Assembly (NCBI GenBank): GCA_964016885.1
Contig: OZ024740.1
Coordinates: 244,156,001-244,220,000, forward strand
Reading direction: 5' to 3'
Length of the DNA stretch: 64,000 nucleotides
DNA from: Eledone cirrhosa
Lineage: Eukaryota
The notes beneath the pieces are model-generated. The model saw nothing but the letters and a program-made list of their open reading frames with translations. It did not search any database and was not told the origin of the DNA. The position numbers were made by a program, and so were the translations under genes. Below, piece by piece: positions 34,993-48,726 of the stretch (its first letter is position 1; every line of letters begins with the position of its first letter).

Positions 34993-35600
34993 GGTGGCTG
35001 CCAACTCGTTTTCGAGTACGGCCACTACTTTATATCCATGTAGGAGAACCCCTACCGATGCGCTGAACGAGTGTGACTTTTTAGTCCAGCCAGCGACTTG
35101 AAAACTCTGGTACAAACACTACACTTGTGACAATTACTGACACATAGTGCTGGGCCCATGGTACCATGTGACGACAAGTGCAGAGAGATCTCCAGATACA
35201 AAGCAATGCCTGTGCCGTGAAGCTTTTATAGTGAGCAAAGGCACTGCACAAAGCCAGTCCCACTCTCTTAACCAAGATGATATTTACCAAAAAGAAGAAC
35301 AAGTCAACATCATTGGATACCATCAGGGTTGCAGGTGTTATATCAGAGTTTTCCTTCTCCTAGAATTCTGCCTTGACAAAGGCTAAGGGGCCATCTCTCC
35401 CGGTGATTTTGGATGGCCATTGACTCTTAAGAGCTCCTTTGCCCTTTGACAGGTTTTGTTTTTAGTCCTGCAGGATGTCCAAAGTCACCCTACTCACCAA
35501 GAAACCTTGGTGGGGTTGCCAGTTTTGTCGCCAACGACCCGACCATGGGACAGGTTGTACTGGGATACATGTTACCAGTAGCACCAACTGGTGACCTGAC
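34993..35600 (-). mobile_element. ~600-bp non-autonomous repeat (RTE 5'-UTR-like segment), copy 1, in (TACA)n
   Basis: Near-identical reverse complement of 46949-47551. Contains ctaggagaaggaaaactctga, which I recognise from RTE 5' UTRs (family assignment inferred). Confidence 0.8.
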
Positions 35601-35744
35601 ATACATACATACATACATACATACATACATACATACATACATACATACATACATACATACATACATACATACATACATACATACATACATCAGATAGGAC
35701 TAAAGTTCTATCAGAGGATCTGAAGTTTTTAATGTTTCAACTTA

Positions 35745-36577
35745 TTTTATTCTGAAAGGAATTGGAAAGATATGTTTGCAACTAGATGAAGAAGATCAGC
35801 TTCAAAGCTGGCGAGTTCCTTTACCTTATGTGGGTTCTTTCTACACTTAAGTTTGAAAATACTGACTGAACTAGATAGCATTCCTTCAAAGGCCAGTGCC
35901 CTCCATCTCAATCGCTTGACCACATCTTCAATTTTGTGGACGAGAACACCCTGACAAAAACATGCCACCCAGCTCGCAAATCATATATGGAGTCTTAAAA
36001 TTATCGGCACACCTTTTTCCATCAAATGGAGTATATTAGAAAAATCTATCCCTTATGTTTAGGGGACGAAATTTTACCGATTATGTAACTTTAGATAAAC
36101 ACTACTTAATACACTGTCGATTTAGCCACGAAACGCAATGCATTCTGAGTAAATGGTATAGACCTTACTAACTAATTCAAATGTGAAAGAATATATTTTC
36201 TTTGAATTACTAACTAATTTGTATGTCAAGGAATTTGGATTCTTTGAATTATTAATTTAGCATAAATTTCTCAACTCTTGATATTAGTTTTAGAATAGTT
36301 ACCTTCTTTCAACCTAACTAATAATTTTTGTTATTTATAGCTATTTATATCTATTTTCAAAATTACCTGCTTTTGAAGAACTCTCGGATAATCTTCCTAA
36401 AAGAAATAACATTCAACTAACAGAGGCCATATTAATTTTATTTTTATAACAGGCTGAATTAGTTGGGGTGCATAACCCAACGAAACTTAAGTACCTGTAT
36501 ATAACTAATTATACTTAACTCGTTCTATGGAGTGAGTACTTTTACCCACGGATATTTCTATCAAACATTTACTACAG

Positions 36578-36580
<3 letters not shown>
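35745..36580. mobile_element. PLE fragments: N-terminal piece (-) fused to GIY-YIG end and pLTR (+)
   Basis: KIEDVVKRLRWRA..FEADL on the minus strand; ATQLANHIWSLK..IKWSILEK..RLCN on the plus strand from ~35965. Confidence 0.75.
36449..36498 (+). ncRNA. Type I hammerhead with mutated core
   Basis: acagg CTGAATTA GTTGGG-gtgcataa-CCCAAC GAAA CTTAAG TA cctgt: stems perfect but G8 lost. Confidence 0.7.
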
Positions 36581-36611
<31 letters not shown>

Positions 36612-36656
36612 AAGAAAGAGGGGGGATATAAATATAAGAAGTTAACATAATATAAT

Positions 36657-36842
36657 TGTTCCTACTTTTGGCACAAAGCCAGCAATTACCCAGTGCATTA
36701 CTGGTACTTTTATTTTATCGACCCCGTAAGGATGAAAGGCAAAGTCAACCTCGGCGGGATTTGAACTCAGATCGTAAAGGGACGTAACTATGCTGGATAG
36801 CATGGCGTCCGACCCTCTACCGATACTGCCAATCCACCGCCC
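36657..36842 (-). mobile_element. Full-length Nin-domain SINE with 18-bp TSD
   Basis: aagttaacataatataat at 36639-36656 and 36846-36863. Confidence 0.92.
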
Positions 36843-36901
36843 ATTAAGTTAACATAATATAATAGAGGTACATAAGAATAAAAAGAGCTAAGGTACTTCA
36901 C

Positions 36902-36945
36902 TTTGTTTCCATGTTGAAATACCAGTTGACTGAATGTTTCCAAAC
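36902..36945 (-). CDS. HEXB: Beta-hexosaminidase exon C (44 nt)
   Basis: gacag|GT TTG GAA ACA TTC AGT CAA CTG...AAC AAA|GTGAAG; (G)LETFSQLVFQHGNK. Too short to appear in the ORF track. Confidence 0.9.
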
Positions 36946-37392
36946 CTGTCAATTAAAAATTTAAGACAATAGCATTAATATAACCATATCCTACTTAATT
37001 GAATAAATTGGACTATTACTTAATATATCGACTCGCCGACAGAATTAAAAACAATCTCGGTGGAGTTTAAAATCAAGTGTCGGAACATATACCGCAAGCC
37101 AATCAATTTGAGGCTCTATAGTTTTTCCGTCTCTGGAGGTCCGATTCTTATAAGCCATTTTATAGTAACTGACTATAATTGCAGTTAGTTTCTGCGTCTG
37201 AGCTTTCTATATCTTCTTATATAAATATATATAAATCTCCGGGCGTCACCTGCGTACTCGCAGGTGAAACTCCAGAGTAACAAATCTTACTGCTTAGCCA
37301 TAATAAATGAATATTTAAACCCTCTTTCGGTATTTAGTACTTTTTCCCACGTCCGTCAATACCGCATTTATATACATACATACATACATACA

Positions 37393-37423
<31 letters not shown>

Positions 37424-38746
37424 CATCATCATTCTCATCCTTGTGCATCCATTTTTTCATGCTGGCATAGTTTGGACAGGTCATTAAAGAACAAGGCAGT
37501 ACTTAATTGAAACTACTGTCCCCCGAAACGGTCCATGTTTTTTGCGTCTCACGTAAGTTCTACTTTTGACATGATTACTGAAGCTGTGAAAATATGATAA
37601 AAGGCTAAACAATGAATAATGGACTGTAAGATGAGGTGACGAAAAGTAAAGGTTACCCGGTAATCTTTGCTTTGTTTTGTTGTTGTTGTTGTTTTATCTG
37701 TCCAATATTTCGAGACCTAAAAGTTCCTTCATCGGGTTTTAAGTAACCTTCAGTGGATAATGTTCCAATTTCTTCTCTTTGGGATAAAATTTTGATTTTT
37801 TTTTATTTAAATTTTTTCTAAGTAATTTTCAAGCGTTTTTTTAATGGTTATTTCGCTTTCTGCGTGAATGACATCAATTGCCAATATAGTATTTCGCGAA
37901 ATCAATTTTCATTTTTGTATGTTTTTGTTATTTTTCCTTTCGACTCCAAAGCTGCTGGTATCTTCCCTACTGTCATCTTAATATTAACCAAATTGAACAC
38001 ACACACACGTTATCCTTCCATAGGAACCCTAGCAAGGCCTGAGAAAACAGTGAGCTTTGTCTCCCTCCTTAAACCATCTCGTAAAATAAAATACTATCCT
38101 AGCTATGCGTAGTCGCTGGATCAGCTAGAAATAGTAATCAAATTACCTTCAGATACTTTCGACAATGAGATTGTAGAGCATTGCCCTTTAGCTCGTAAAA
38201 GACGAACTGTTGACGAAGGACCTTTCCTGGAGACTTGTTATTGAAATGGTCAGCAGAGAAGGCACTTCCGGTGAGGCGGATAACAAAACTGCTCTTTCGT
38301 ACGTTTACAAATGTTTGTCATGCAATAAAAAATAGATTAAAAAATCACCGTTTGTTGTTATTTTACGTACAGCTTTACTAAAGCTATAAGGTTCTTATAC
38401 GTTGCACCAGAAATTGATACAGGGTTTACAATGAATGGGAACCTAGCTCATCAGAGGTACATCAGTACATACTGCGTGGGGGAGTCTAATTCAAGGAACA
38501 TATTTCAGGACGGTTTTTACTAACTATATTTTCTAAATCTGGGGGTGCACCATTAAAAAGGTGGGGATGGCAGTGCCCTCCAGTGTCTACCCTCTAGAAG
38601 GAACGACTTTCATCATAGGTCTACTAAATCAGGGATCATCGACGACTTAAACCGACAACAGCGACAATAACTGAATGGTGTATATCTAGTGAGATTTTTT
38701 CCTCATTCTGTCACATATCACTCTACTACTATAACTACTCCTCCTC

Positions 38747-38782
<36 letters not shown>

Positions 38783-38822
38783 TCAAGAGTGAAGTTCTTT
38801 TGGACAAGAAAATATTATTTAC

Positions 38823-38888
38823 CTCTTAAAGCACCCCACACGGATTTTGCCAAAATTGAAGCCACTTGACTGGTGATGTTCACTTCAT
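38823..38888 (-). CDS. HEXB: Beta-hexosaminidase exon B (66 nt)
   Basis: cacag|AT GAA GTG...TTA AGA G|GTAAAT; (Y)EVNITSQVASILAKSVWGALR(G). Phases match both neighbouring exons. Confidence 0.93.
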
Positions 38889-38896
38889 CTGTGTGC

Positions 38897-38999
<103 letters not shown>

Positions 39000-39026
39000 A
39001 AATAAAATAAAATAAAATAAAATAAA

Positions 39027-39090
39027 ATAAAATTAGAATTTGATTTCTCGCTCTAGCACAGCTAATACATAAATGTAAGTATGCATACAT

Positions 39091-39165
<75 letters not shown>

Positions 39166-39691
39166 TGCATACACATATACATATGGGTTATATCGAATAT
39201 TAATTGTTTCTACGTTAGGAACAAGGCCAGCAATTACCCAGTGCATTACTGGTACTTTATTTTATCGACCCCGTAAGGATGAAAGGCAAAGTTAACCTTG
39301 GCGAGATTTAAACTCAGAATGGCAAGGGCCGTAACTCTATACGTCAAAGCATTGCGTATCGAACATTAATAATAATAGTCGATTCGTTTGTAAACAAACG
39401 GCCCGATTAAAGCTGTACCGTGCCGATAACAAATCGTCATCCGTTTGTTCAACACTGGTATTGAGGAACAATCAACATCTTTCTGGGTCATTACCCTTCA
39501 TCAGGGCTGTATACCCCTGCCGATCTGTTGAACGGTTTAAAATATATAGTATTCTCTTAAGTACACATCGGCTGAGTAACCTCATTTGCATACCGAGCGA
39601 CTTTCGGCTGGTCTTGCCGAAAACCAAAAATAAAATTAGAATTTTATTTCTTGCTCTAGCACAGCTGATACATAAATGTAAGTATGCATAC
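39027..39691 (-). mobile_element. Second retrozyme-like unit (terminal direct repeat plus hammerhead), interrupted by a SINE at ~39205-39356
   Basis: 39027-39088 recurs at ~39630-39691. Hammerhead CTGATGA-A-GGGT-aatg-ACCC-A-GAAA at 39468-39510 (-). Shares sequence blocks with 3080-3340. Confidence 0.7.
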
Positions 39692-39734
39692 GTACACACA
39701 TATTCTAATTTTACTTTTAGTTGTATATATGTAC

Positions 39735-39798
<64 letters not shown>

Positions 39799-39830
39799 AT
39801 ATATATATATATGTGTATACGTATGCATAC

Positions 39831-39866
<36 letters not shown>

Positions 39867-39879
39867 ATACGTATGCATA

Positions 39880-39940
<61 letters not shown>

Positions 39941-39998
39941 ATATATGTATATACGTACATACATATATGTGTGTATATATATATGTATATATATATGT

Positions 39999-40104
<106 letters not shown>

Positions 40105-42780
40105 CGGATTTAGCGAACCGATTAAGTACATACCCAACAATACTAACTCCTTTAAACATAATAATAGGAAAAGAAAAATAATCTGGTTCACCCCGCCCCC
40201 TACTCTTTAACAGTTAAAACTAATGTAGGCAAAACATTCCTAGAGCTCTTAGATAAACATTTCCCTAGAACACATAGATACTATAAGATCTTCAATAGAA
40301 ACTGTGTCAAAATTAGCTACTCCTGCGATTCCCCTATTAATCTTATATCCTCAATAAGAAAATACCCAGAGAGCATCAAAATTGCTCCTGTAGAGTCAAA
40401 AGTGAATGCCCATTACAAGGTAAATGCAACACCAAAGCCATTGTATATGCGGCTAAAGTGACAACCACCAGCAACAACCTACCAGCCAACAGCGAACGAT
40501 ATGTGGGTATAACACAAGACAAATTCAAAACGCGTTACTACTCACATGTCGCATCTTTCCGACATCCTGAAAAAAGATTTACAACAGCTCTGGCTAGCAG
40601 AATATGGGATTTGAAAGACCAAGTTATCCAATATAGATTAGATTGGTAAATTTTGAACCAATCTAAAGAATATGCAAGAGGGACAAGAAGATGCGCACTC
40701 TGCATAAGTGAAAAAATATTGTATTTTACAGAACCTTAAATCACCAAAAACCTGCCTAAATGCAAAAACAGAAATTTTCACCAGTTGCCCACACATGAAA
40801 TCACACTTGCTTTCCAGCTCATATAAACTTAACTCACTTTCAGATACTTATCCTCCATAAACTCTTGTTCTTCTCTTTCCTTAACTTACCTTCTTTACAG
40901 ACTTCTCTTTCTGATTTACTTTTATTTTTATTTTTAACTTTATTTTTACTTCACATCCACCAGTGACCCCCCCCCCCATGCTTTTTGATTCACTTAGTTT
41001 ATATACATTCACAATTTTACATATTTTACTTCCCCCTTTTCTTACACTACAATCACTTGTCACTTGCATTTTCAACTCCAGATATATTCTGTTGTCCCTC
41101 AGCAGCTTTTATGTATGTTTACTTGCGTATAATTTGTACTCATTTCATACGGCTGGTTTTTATATTGTATGTATGCGTGTAAGTGTGCATATGTGTGTAT
41201 ACGTGTTTGTATATGTATACGAATGCATTCACATGTGCGCGTGTATGTGTATATGTGTGTGTATGTGTGTTTTTATATCTATGTTTTTTTACATACTTAT
41301 ATATATGTGTGTGTGTGTGTATATGCATATATATATATATATATGTGTGTGTGTGTATATATATATATGTATATATATATATGGTCGCGTGCGTGCGTGT
41401 GATTAGATGTACATGTATGTATATATATGTGCTTCGTGTGTATGTATGCGCACTTTTGTATGTATGTACGCATGTATGTGCTTTTGTCTGTACGTATTTA
41501 TATATATATTTACATATATATATATATATGTGTGTGTACGAACCTCTGTATGTAATTCTATTTTTTCACTATACACATGCATTTGTACATACACACATAT
41601 GTACATTTGTAGGTGCATATACACACATTTATACACATACCCTTACTATATTTCCTTATTTAATTTTTATATATCTCTTGCATTAATTTTATTTATATAT
41701 TTTTTTGCCCGTTAAACTTTTGCCTTTCTTGAGGAGATTTTTCAAATATTTCAGTATGTTTTAAATTGCCTTTTCTGGCGAACGAATGAAGACGTTTCTT
41801 GTATTCGTCTTATTCGGCAAACCTCTGGTAATGAGGTAATTATGTTGTATTGTTTATTATATATATATATAGTTTCATTTTACTCTTGATTGGCCAGAGG
41901 TGTTTATTTCCAGGTACCTTATAAATTTGACTCTCCGTATTTATTACTGTTGTGCGATATTGTGGTTTTTATTGGTTGTAACTTCTCTGTTTTTTAGCCT
42001 AAGAAAATATATATATATATGCCTATGTATATAATTACATGCATACATTTGTTTTTTTAAATTAATTGAGTTCTTTACACGAGGAATTGATATTGGTTTT
42101 GAAATAACTGATTAACCCGCGTGTGTTTTATATTTTACTCTTAATTCGGCCGGAGATTTACATTCCCATTTGCCCTTTAGAGCATAACTTTCCGTATTTA
42201 CTACGGTTACGAGATGCGGTTTCTTATTCAGGTACAACCTCTGTTTTTAGCCTAAGAAAATATCTATATGCGTGTGTAATTTATACACGCATATATTTAT
42301 TTTTTTAATTTCAATTGAGTTCTTAACACGTTGGATTGATAATGTTTTCGAAAAAACTGATTAACCCGCGTGTATATTATTTTTTTTCCTCCTTTCGTGG
42401 ATCGTAGTTGTCTCCCCTTCTCGCTTAGTGACGCTATAATACTTCCTCAGTCAAAAACTGCTGGAATTTCAAATTTGCCGGTCATTCGATGCGGGAAGGA
42501 GCAACTTAACGGACACGATTTTTAACTGTGGTAAGAAATGTTTTTCTTATATCAAAGTTTATTGGGCTTCCACTGATGATTTATAAGCGCCCACCTAAAT
42601 ATATTCTTACATGAATGTATATTAGGCTTCTACATAAACTGGAAATATTCTCCGAATTTGTAGAAAACTTATAATGAAACAATTGTTTGGAAAGAGAGAT
42701 ATATTTTAACTTTAATTATATCTCATGAAATAATACAACTGGCTTTTCCACATAATACATATTGTTAGCACCCCAAACAC
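40105..42780 (+). mobile_element. PLE 3' fragment: GIY-YIG, long 3' region, degenerate hammerheads
   Basis: IIWFTPP, KHFP, ECPLQGKC, RYVGIT..FKTRYYSH..IWDLK, CALC. Hammerhead-like motifs at 41765-41840 and ~42573-42640. ~130-bp direct repeat at ~41985 and ~42240. Right boundary uncertain. Confidence 0.75.
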
Positions 42781-43329
42781 TTAAATTGGGTTTATATTAA
42801 AATATAACCTAATGTTTGTTGAGTGAGATGGTTACCAGTCAGAGATTAGCTTTAAACTATCTCTGTTATTGTATTATATATATATATATATATATATTTA
42901 GAGAGAGAGAGGGAGACAGAGACAGAGAGAGAGGAGTTATCCCGGGTTCAATCGGGGGTAACCACAGTAAGTGATGTACTCAATACAAAGCAGAGTATAA
43001 ATGGTTAATATAGAAAAGCTTCTACAGGACTAGAACTGTTTCATTCGTCAGAAATCATCAGGAAGCTAACTGTCCAAGTAAATATGGTAGTATTTATATC
43101 TTTTCTGGTGGTAGGAGAGGGTGGTGATTGGGCTGGGTGGAGGTCAATGGTTGATGGGTTTAAAGAAAAGGGAATTCTTTAAAAGCTAATTCTTTAAAGC
43201 TGTATTTAGAATGACAAAGGCAGAAAGAATTCTATAAACAAGTTAAAATTGGGGTGCCTCTCCTTATAGTTACGTTTCTCTTAAGCTATATTTCAGGTGT
43301 CTACAAGCACATTCACACACACATATATG

Positions 43330-43473
<144 letters not shown>

Positions 43474-43502
43474 AAAGAATAGAGGTGTAACACACAAGTT
43501 AT

Positions 43503-43906
43503 TATATATTGGTAAACGGAATAGAAAATGCTGACAAATTGTTCACAGTTGAAAAATGGTTTAATTAGGAATAAAAGAGTATTAGTGATTGTATGGGTTA
43601 GTATTCAGTTGTGGTTTTAAGTTTTTAAGTTTTTACCGGTTGCGCATTTCTAAATGCTTTTCAAAAATAATTTTGAGATAGAGTGTCCGTGCTGTTTGCT
43701 CTGATCTGAGCAAACAGCACGGACACTCTATCTCAAAATTATTTTTGAAAAGCATTTAGAAATGCGCAACCGGTAAAAACTTAAAAACTTAAAACCACAA
43801 CTGAATACTAACCCATACAATCACTAATACTCTTTTATTCCTAATTAAACCATTTTTCAACTGTGAACAATTTGTCACCATTTTCTATTCCGTTTACCAA
43901 TATATA
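43503..43906. repeat. Near-perfect 404-bp palindrome with degenerate hammerhead
   Basis: 199-bp arms with 1 mismatch by eye; centre ctc-t-GA|TC-t-gag; TTGAAAA-GCATTT-ag-AAATGC-GCAA-CCGG-TA. Confidence 0.95.
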
Positions 43907-43927
43907 TATATATATATACACATATAC

Positions 43928-43958
<31 letters not shown>

Positions 43959-44032
43959 CATATATGTGTGTGAATGTGATTGTAGACACACATATACATA
44001 TATATATGCACACACACACATATATATATACA

Positions 44033-44074
<42 letters not shown>

Positions 44075-44141
44075 CATATATATACACATATATATATATA
44101 CGTATATACACACATACAAACATATATATACACATATATAT

Positions 44142-44265
<124 letters not shown>

Positions 44266-44391
44266 AACCACAAACTCTCCATCTCAATTCTACTTTAGAA
44301 AATCACAAGAACTGCGAAACCGGTAAAGGTACCAAATAAATATCTTTTTTTAAAAAAAGACTCCAGTTGCATTTTCGATTTCATCTTTTTT

Positions 44392-44540
<149 letters not shown>

Positions 44541-44549
44541 CATATACAA

Positions 44550-46330
44550 AGTCCCTTAAACGACACGATCGAACGGAACCTTTAAGAGTAAAGACCCCTA
44601 AAGGACCACAAGGGAAACTTTCTCAACAAACCATCAGTCAGACTTATCAACCCCATACGTTCGGACATCGGTTCTATCAGCAAAAGGATCCTTGAAAGAG
44701 TTCTACCATCATTGCGGGCGTCTTCACCACTCCCACTCCGGAGCAAAACTTCCGAGTCAATCTCTTGGTTCCAAGAATTGCTCGATAAACTCCACACTCG
44801 CTTCCTGCAACTACGCTTCTATCTCAGAGCCCCTACTGAAGGAAGCACTTGCTTTTGCCAGGAATTTTACTACCATAACCGACGCTGAGCAAGATGTGAT
44901 CCTCCATGCCCGTAAGACCTTTCTACACCACGAGGGATTTTACTGGATTAACAAGAAGTCTGAGACCCCTTTTGACGTCAGCATGGGAGCAAGTGACTCG
45001 GCTGAAATTAACGACCTCGTGGGCCTGTACATCTTATACCACCTGAAGAACCTCTTCACAGGCCTAACCGGAGGATTATACCGAGATGATGGACTTTTCG
45101 TCTTGCGCAAGGTTAACCCTAGAACTACTGATGGGTTTCGGAGAAACTTAAGCTTGTTCTTCCGTAATCTAGGATTTAGAATAACCATAGAATCTAATAT
45201 GACTAGAGCCAACTTTTTAGATGTCACTCTCGACCTAGATACTTCCCTCTATTACCCGTACCACAAACCTAACGTGTCCCTCAGATATATAAATGTTAAT
45301 TCAAGCCACCCCCAAAAATATCACAGATAAGTTAGTTAAAAGCGTCTCACTCAGAATCTCTGGTCTCTCGGCCAATGAAGATATCTTTAGCGCCTCTGCC
45401 TCTTACTACAACGACGACCTCACCCGCAGAGGATTTAAAGAAAAGATTACTACCCTAAGACTACCTAGGAGAAATAGGCATAGGCAGATTAGTTGGTACA
45501 ACCCCCCCCCCCCTTCAATAGAGAGGTTTCTATACCTAAAGCTAGGACTTTCTTCAAATTGCTGAATATACACTTCCCCCACACAACATAGGTACTACAC
45601 TATCTTTAATAAGAATATAATAAGACTCTCCTATTCCACTACACCTAACCTAGCTAGGAATATAGCCAATCTCAACACTACAAAATTAAATAAGCCTACT
45701 ACCTCCGAACCCAATCTCCGGACGGGAACTTTGTGCAATTGCCAAAATAAGGAAGCCTGCCCACTTGAAAACAAATTCCTGACAAATGACATCGTATACA
45801 AATGTGATGTCATCTCAGGCACTGATGACAACAACAAAAAGACTTACATCGGTATGACTCCCAACAATTTTAAGACCCGGTAGTATGCCCATACCCACTC
45901 TTTCAGAGGACCGGACAAGTCAAATCAGACAACACTCGCCTCCTATGTCTGGGACCTCAAGAGGAACTCCACCCCTTTCACGCTTAAATGGAAAATACTC
46001 CAGAAGCGCGCTCTTACAAGGAAGGACACAAGTGCTGTGACCTTTGTATTTCAGAGAGCTACGAAATACTATTTGCCAAGGGCCCGATACTGAACAAACT
46101 CTCTGAACATGGCCCGAATTGCATGCACAAAAACTTTGCAACTTTCAGATATCTTAAGCCAGTGTTGATGCCAGATGACTAAAAATATTATTTAAAAATA
46201 AACACACTTGACAACATATCCCCTCGACCTCCATCCCACCCTACCCCTACTACCATCTCGACCCGCCTCACGGCACTATCGTTATGTAAGTACTTCTCAC
46301 CTATTTGCTTTTTCCACATGTATAACGTAC
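44550..46330 (+). mobile_element. PLE (Penelope/Poseidon-like), 5'-truncated RT plus GIY-YIG
   Basis: LKDHK, RLINP, FDVSMGASDSAEINDLVG, GLYRDDGL, NFLDVTLDL, YHKPN, WYNPP, CNC..CPL, YIGMT, CDLC. Confidence 0.92.
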
Positions 46331-46411
46331 TTCAATGAATGAATGTACATAAGTATGTGTATATATATATATATGTGTCTGTGTATTTATTTATGTATAT
46401 GTATGTATGTG

Positions 46412-46514
<103 letters not shown>

Positions 46515-46540
46515 AAAATTTCGCTCTACATGGCTAAATA

Positions 46541-46891
46541 CAATAAATGTAATCTGAGCTTTTCGAATATTAATAATAACATTCGATTCGTTTGCAATTA
46601 TGCAAACAATCCTCAATAATGACAGGGCTATAAAATTAAGGGTTGTTTGCATAATTGCAAACGAATCGAATGTTATTATTAATGGTGGATTGGCAGTATC
46701 GGTAGAGTGTCGGACGCCATGCTTTCCAGCATAGTTACGTCCCTTAACGATCTGAGTTCAAATCCCGCAGAGGTTGACTTTGCCTTTCATCCTTACGGGG
46801 TCGATAAAATAAAGTACCAGTAATGCACTGGGTAATTGCTGGCCTTGTGCCTAAAGTAGAAACAATTATTAATATTCGAAAAACTCAGATT
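46541..46891. repeat. Fold-back inverted repeat whose right arm is split by a Nin SINE (46684-46866, +)
   Basis: 46569-46614 pairs with 46638-46683 and 46541-46571 pairs with ~46871-46891; attattaat flanks the SINE. Confidence 0.88.
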
Positions 46892-46913
46892 ACATTTATT
46901 ATATATATATATA

Positions 46914-46948
<35 letters not shown>

Positions 46949-47548
46949 GTCAGGTCACCACTTGGTGCTACTGGTAACATGTATCCCAGTACAACCTGTC
47001 TCATGGTCGGATCGTTGGCGACTAAACTGGCAACCCCACCAAGGTTTCTTGGTGAGGAGAGTGACTTTGGACATCCTGCAGGACTAAAAACAAAACCTGT
47101 CAAGGGCAAAGGAGCTCTTAAGAGTCAATGGCCATCCAAAATCACTGGGAGAGATGACCCCTTAGCCTTTGTCAAGGCAGAATTCTAGGAGAAGGAAAAC
47201 TCTGATATAACACCTGCAACCCTGATGGTATTCAATGATGTTGACTTGTTCTTCTTTTTGGTAAATATCATCTTGGTTACGAGAGTGGGACTGGCTTTGT
47301 GCAGTGCCTTTGCTCACTATAAAAGCTTCACGGCACAGGCATTGCTTTATATCTGGAGATCTCTCTGCACTTGTCACATGGTACCAGGGGCAAAGCACTA
47401 TGTGTCAATAATTGTCACAAGTGTAGTGTTTGTACCAGAGTTTTCAAGTCGCTGGCTGGACTAAAAAGTCACACTCGTTCAGCGCATCGGTAGGGGTTCT
47501 CCTACATGGATATAAAGTAGTGACCGTACTCGAAAACGAGTTGGCAGC

Positions 47549-47551
<3 letters not shown>
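46949..47551 (+). mobile_element. ~600-bp non-autonomous repeat, copy 2, in (TA)n
   Basis: Inverted relative to 34993-35600. Confidence 0.8.
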
Positions 47552-47618
<67 letters not shown>

Positions 47619-47722
47619 ATGTGTGTATGTATGTATATATATATGTATATATATATGTATGTATATCTATATATGTATATGTATTTATATATGTATATGT
47701 ATATGTATATATATATATATAC

Positions 47723-48072
<350 letters not shown>

Positions 48073-48092
48073 GTTATATACACATATATGTA

Positions 48093-48137
<45 letters not shown>

Positions 48138-48157
48138 TGTGTATATATATACATATA

Positions 48158-48257
<100 letters not shown>

Positions 48258-48475
48258 TTTCTGAATTTGTTTAGCAAGATTCTTTATCTGAAATCGTGTG
48301 TTGAAACCGATATTGTTATACTTTGGGAGGGTCATGTTGCCAATAAGAAACACACGCACCAGTTGCTTTCACTTCAATTTATTATATATTTATAAATTTA
48401 TAAATCTACAAATCTACAAATTTACAAATTTCTGGTTGGTTGGTTGGTTCCACAACTAGATAGTTGTTTATATAT

Positions 48476-48520
48476 AGTCATAGTCCTTTCGTCACACACT
48501 CTGTGACCTCTTCAGTGACT
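48476..48520 (-). ncRNA. Type I hammerhead in the 3' pLTR
   Basis: agtca CTGAAGA G GTCAC-agagtgt-GTGAC GAAA GGAC TA tgact. Confidence 0.85.
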
Positions 48521-48726
48521 GGGGTTTCCTTTCTTTGTTTCTGTGCGTTTCCTTTCTTCTGTCCTACGCCATTTTGTTTCTGTGTGTGTGTGTTGTGTGC
48601 TCAGTTTGCGCATGCTCCACATCCGGGTGTCTGTGTGTGTTTGTGTTCATTTATCTATTTGTTTATTTATTTACATGTTATTGGTTGGTTGTTTGTTCTA
48701 TGTGTGTGTGTGTTTTCATTTTGTCC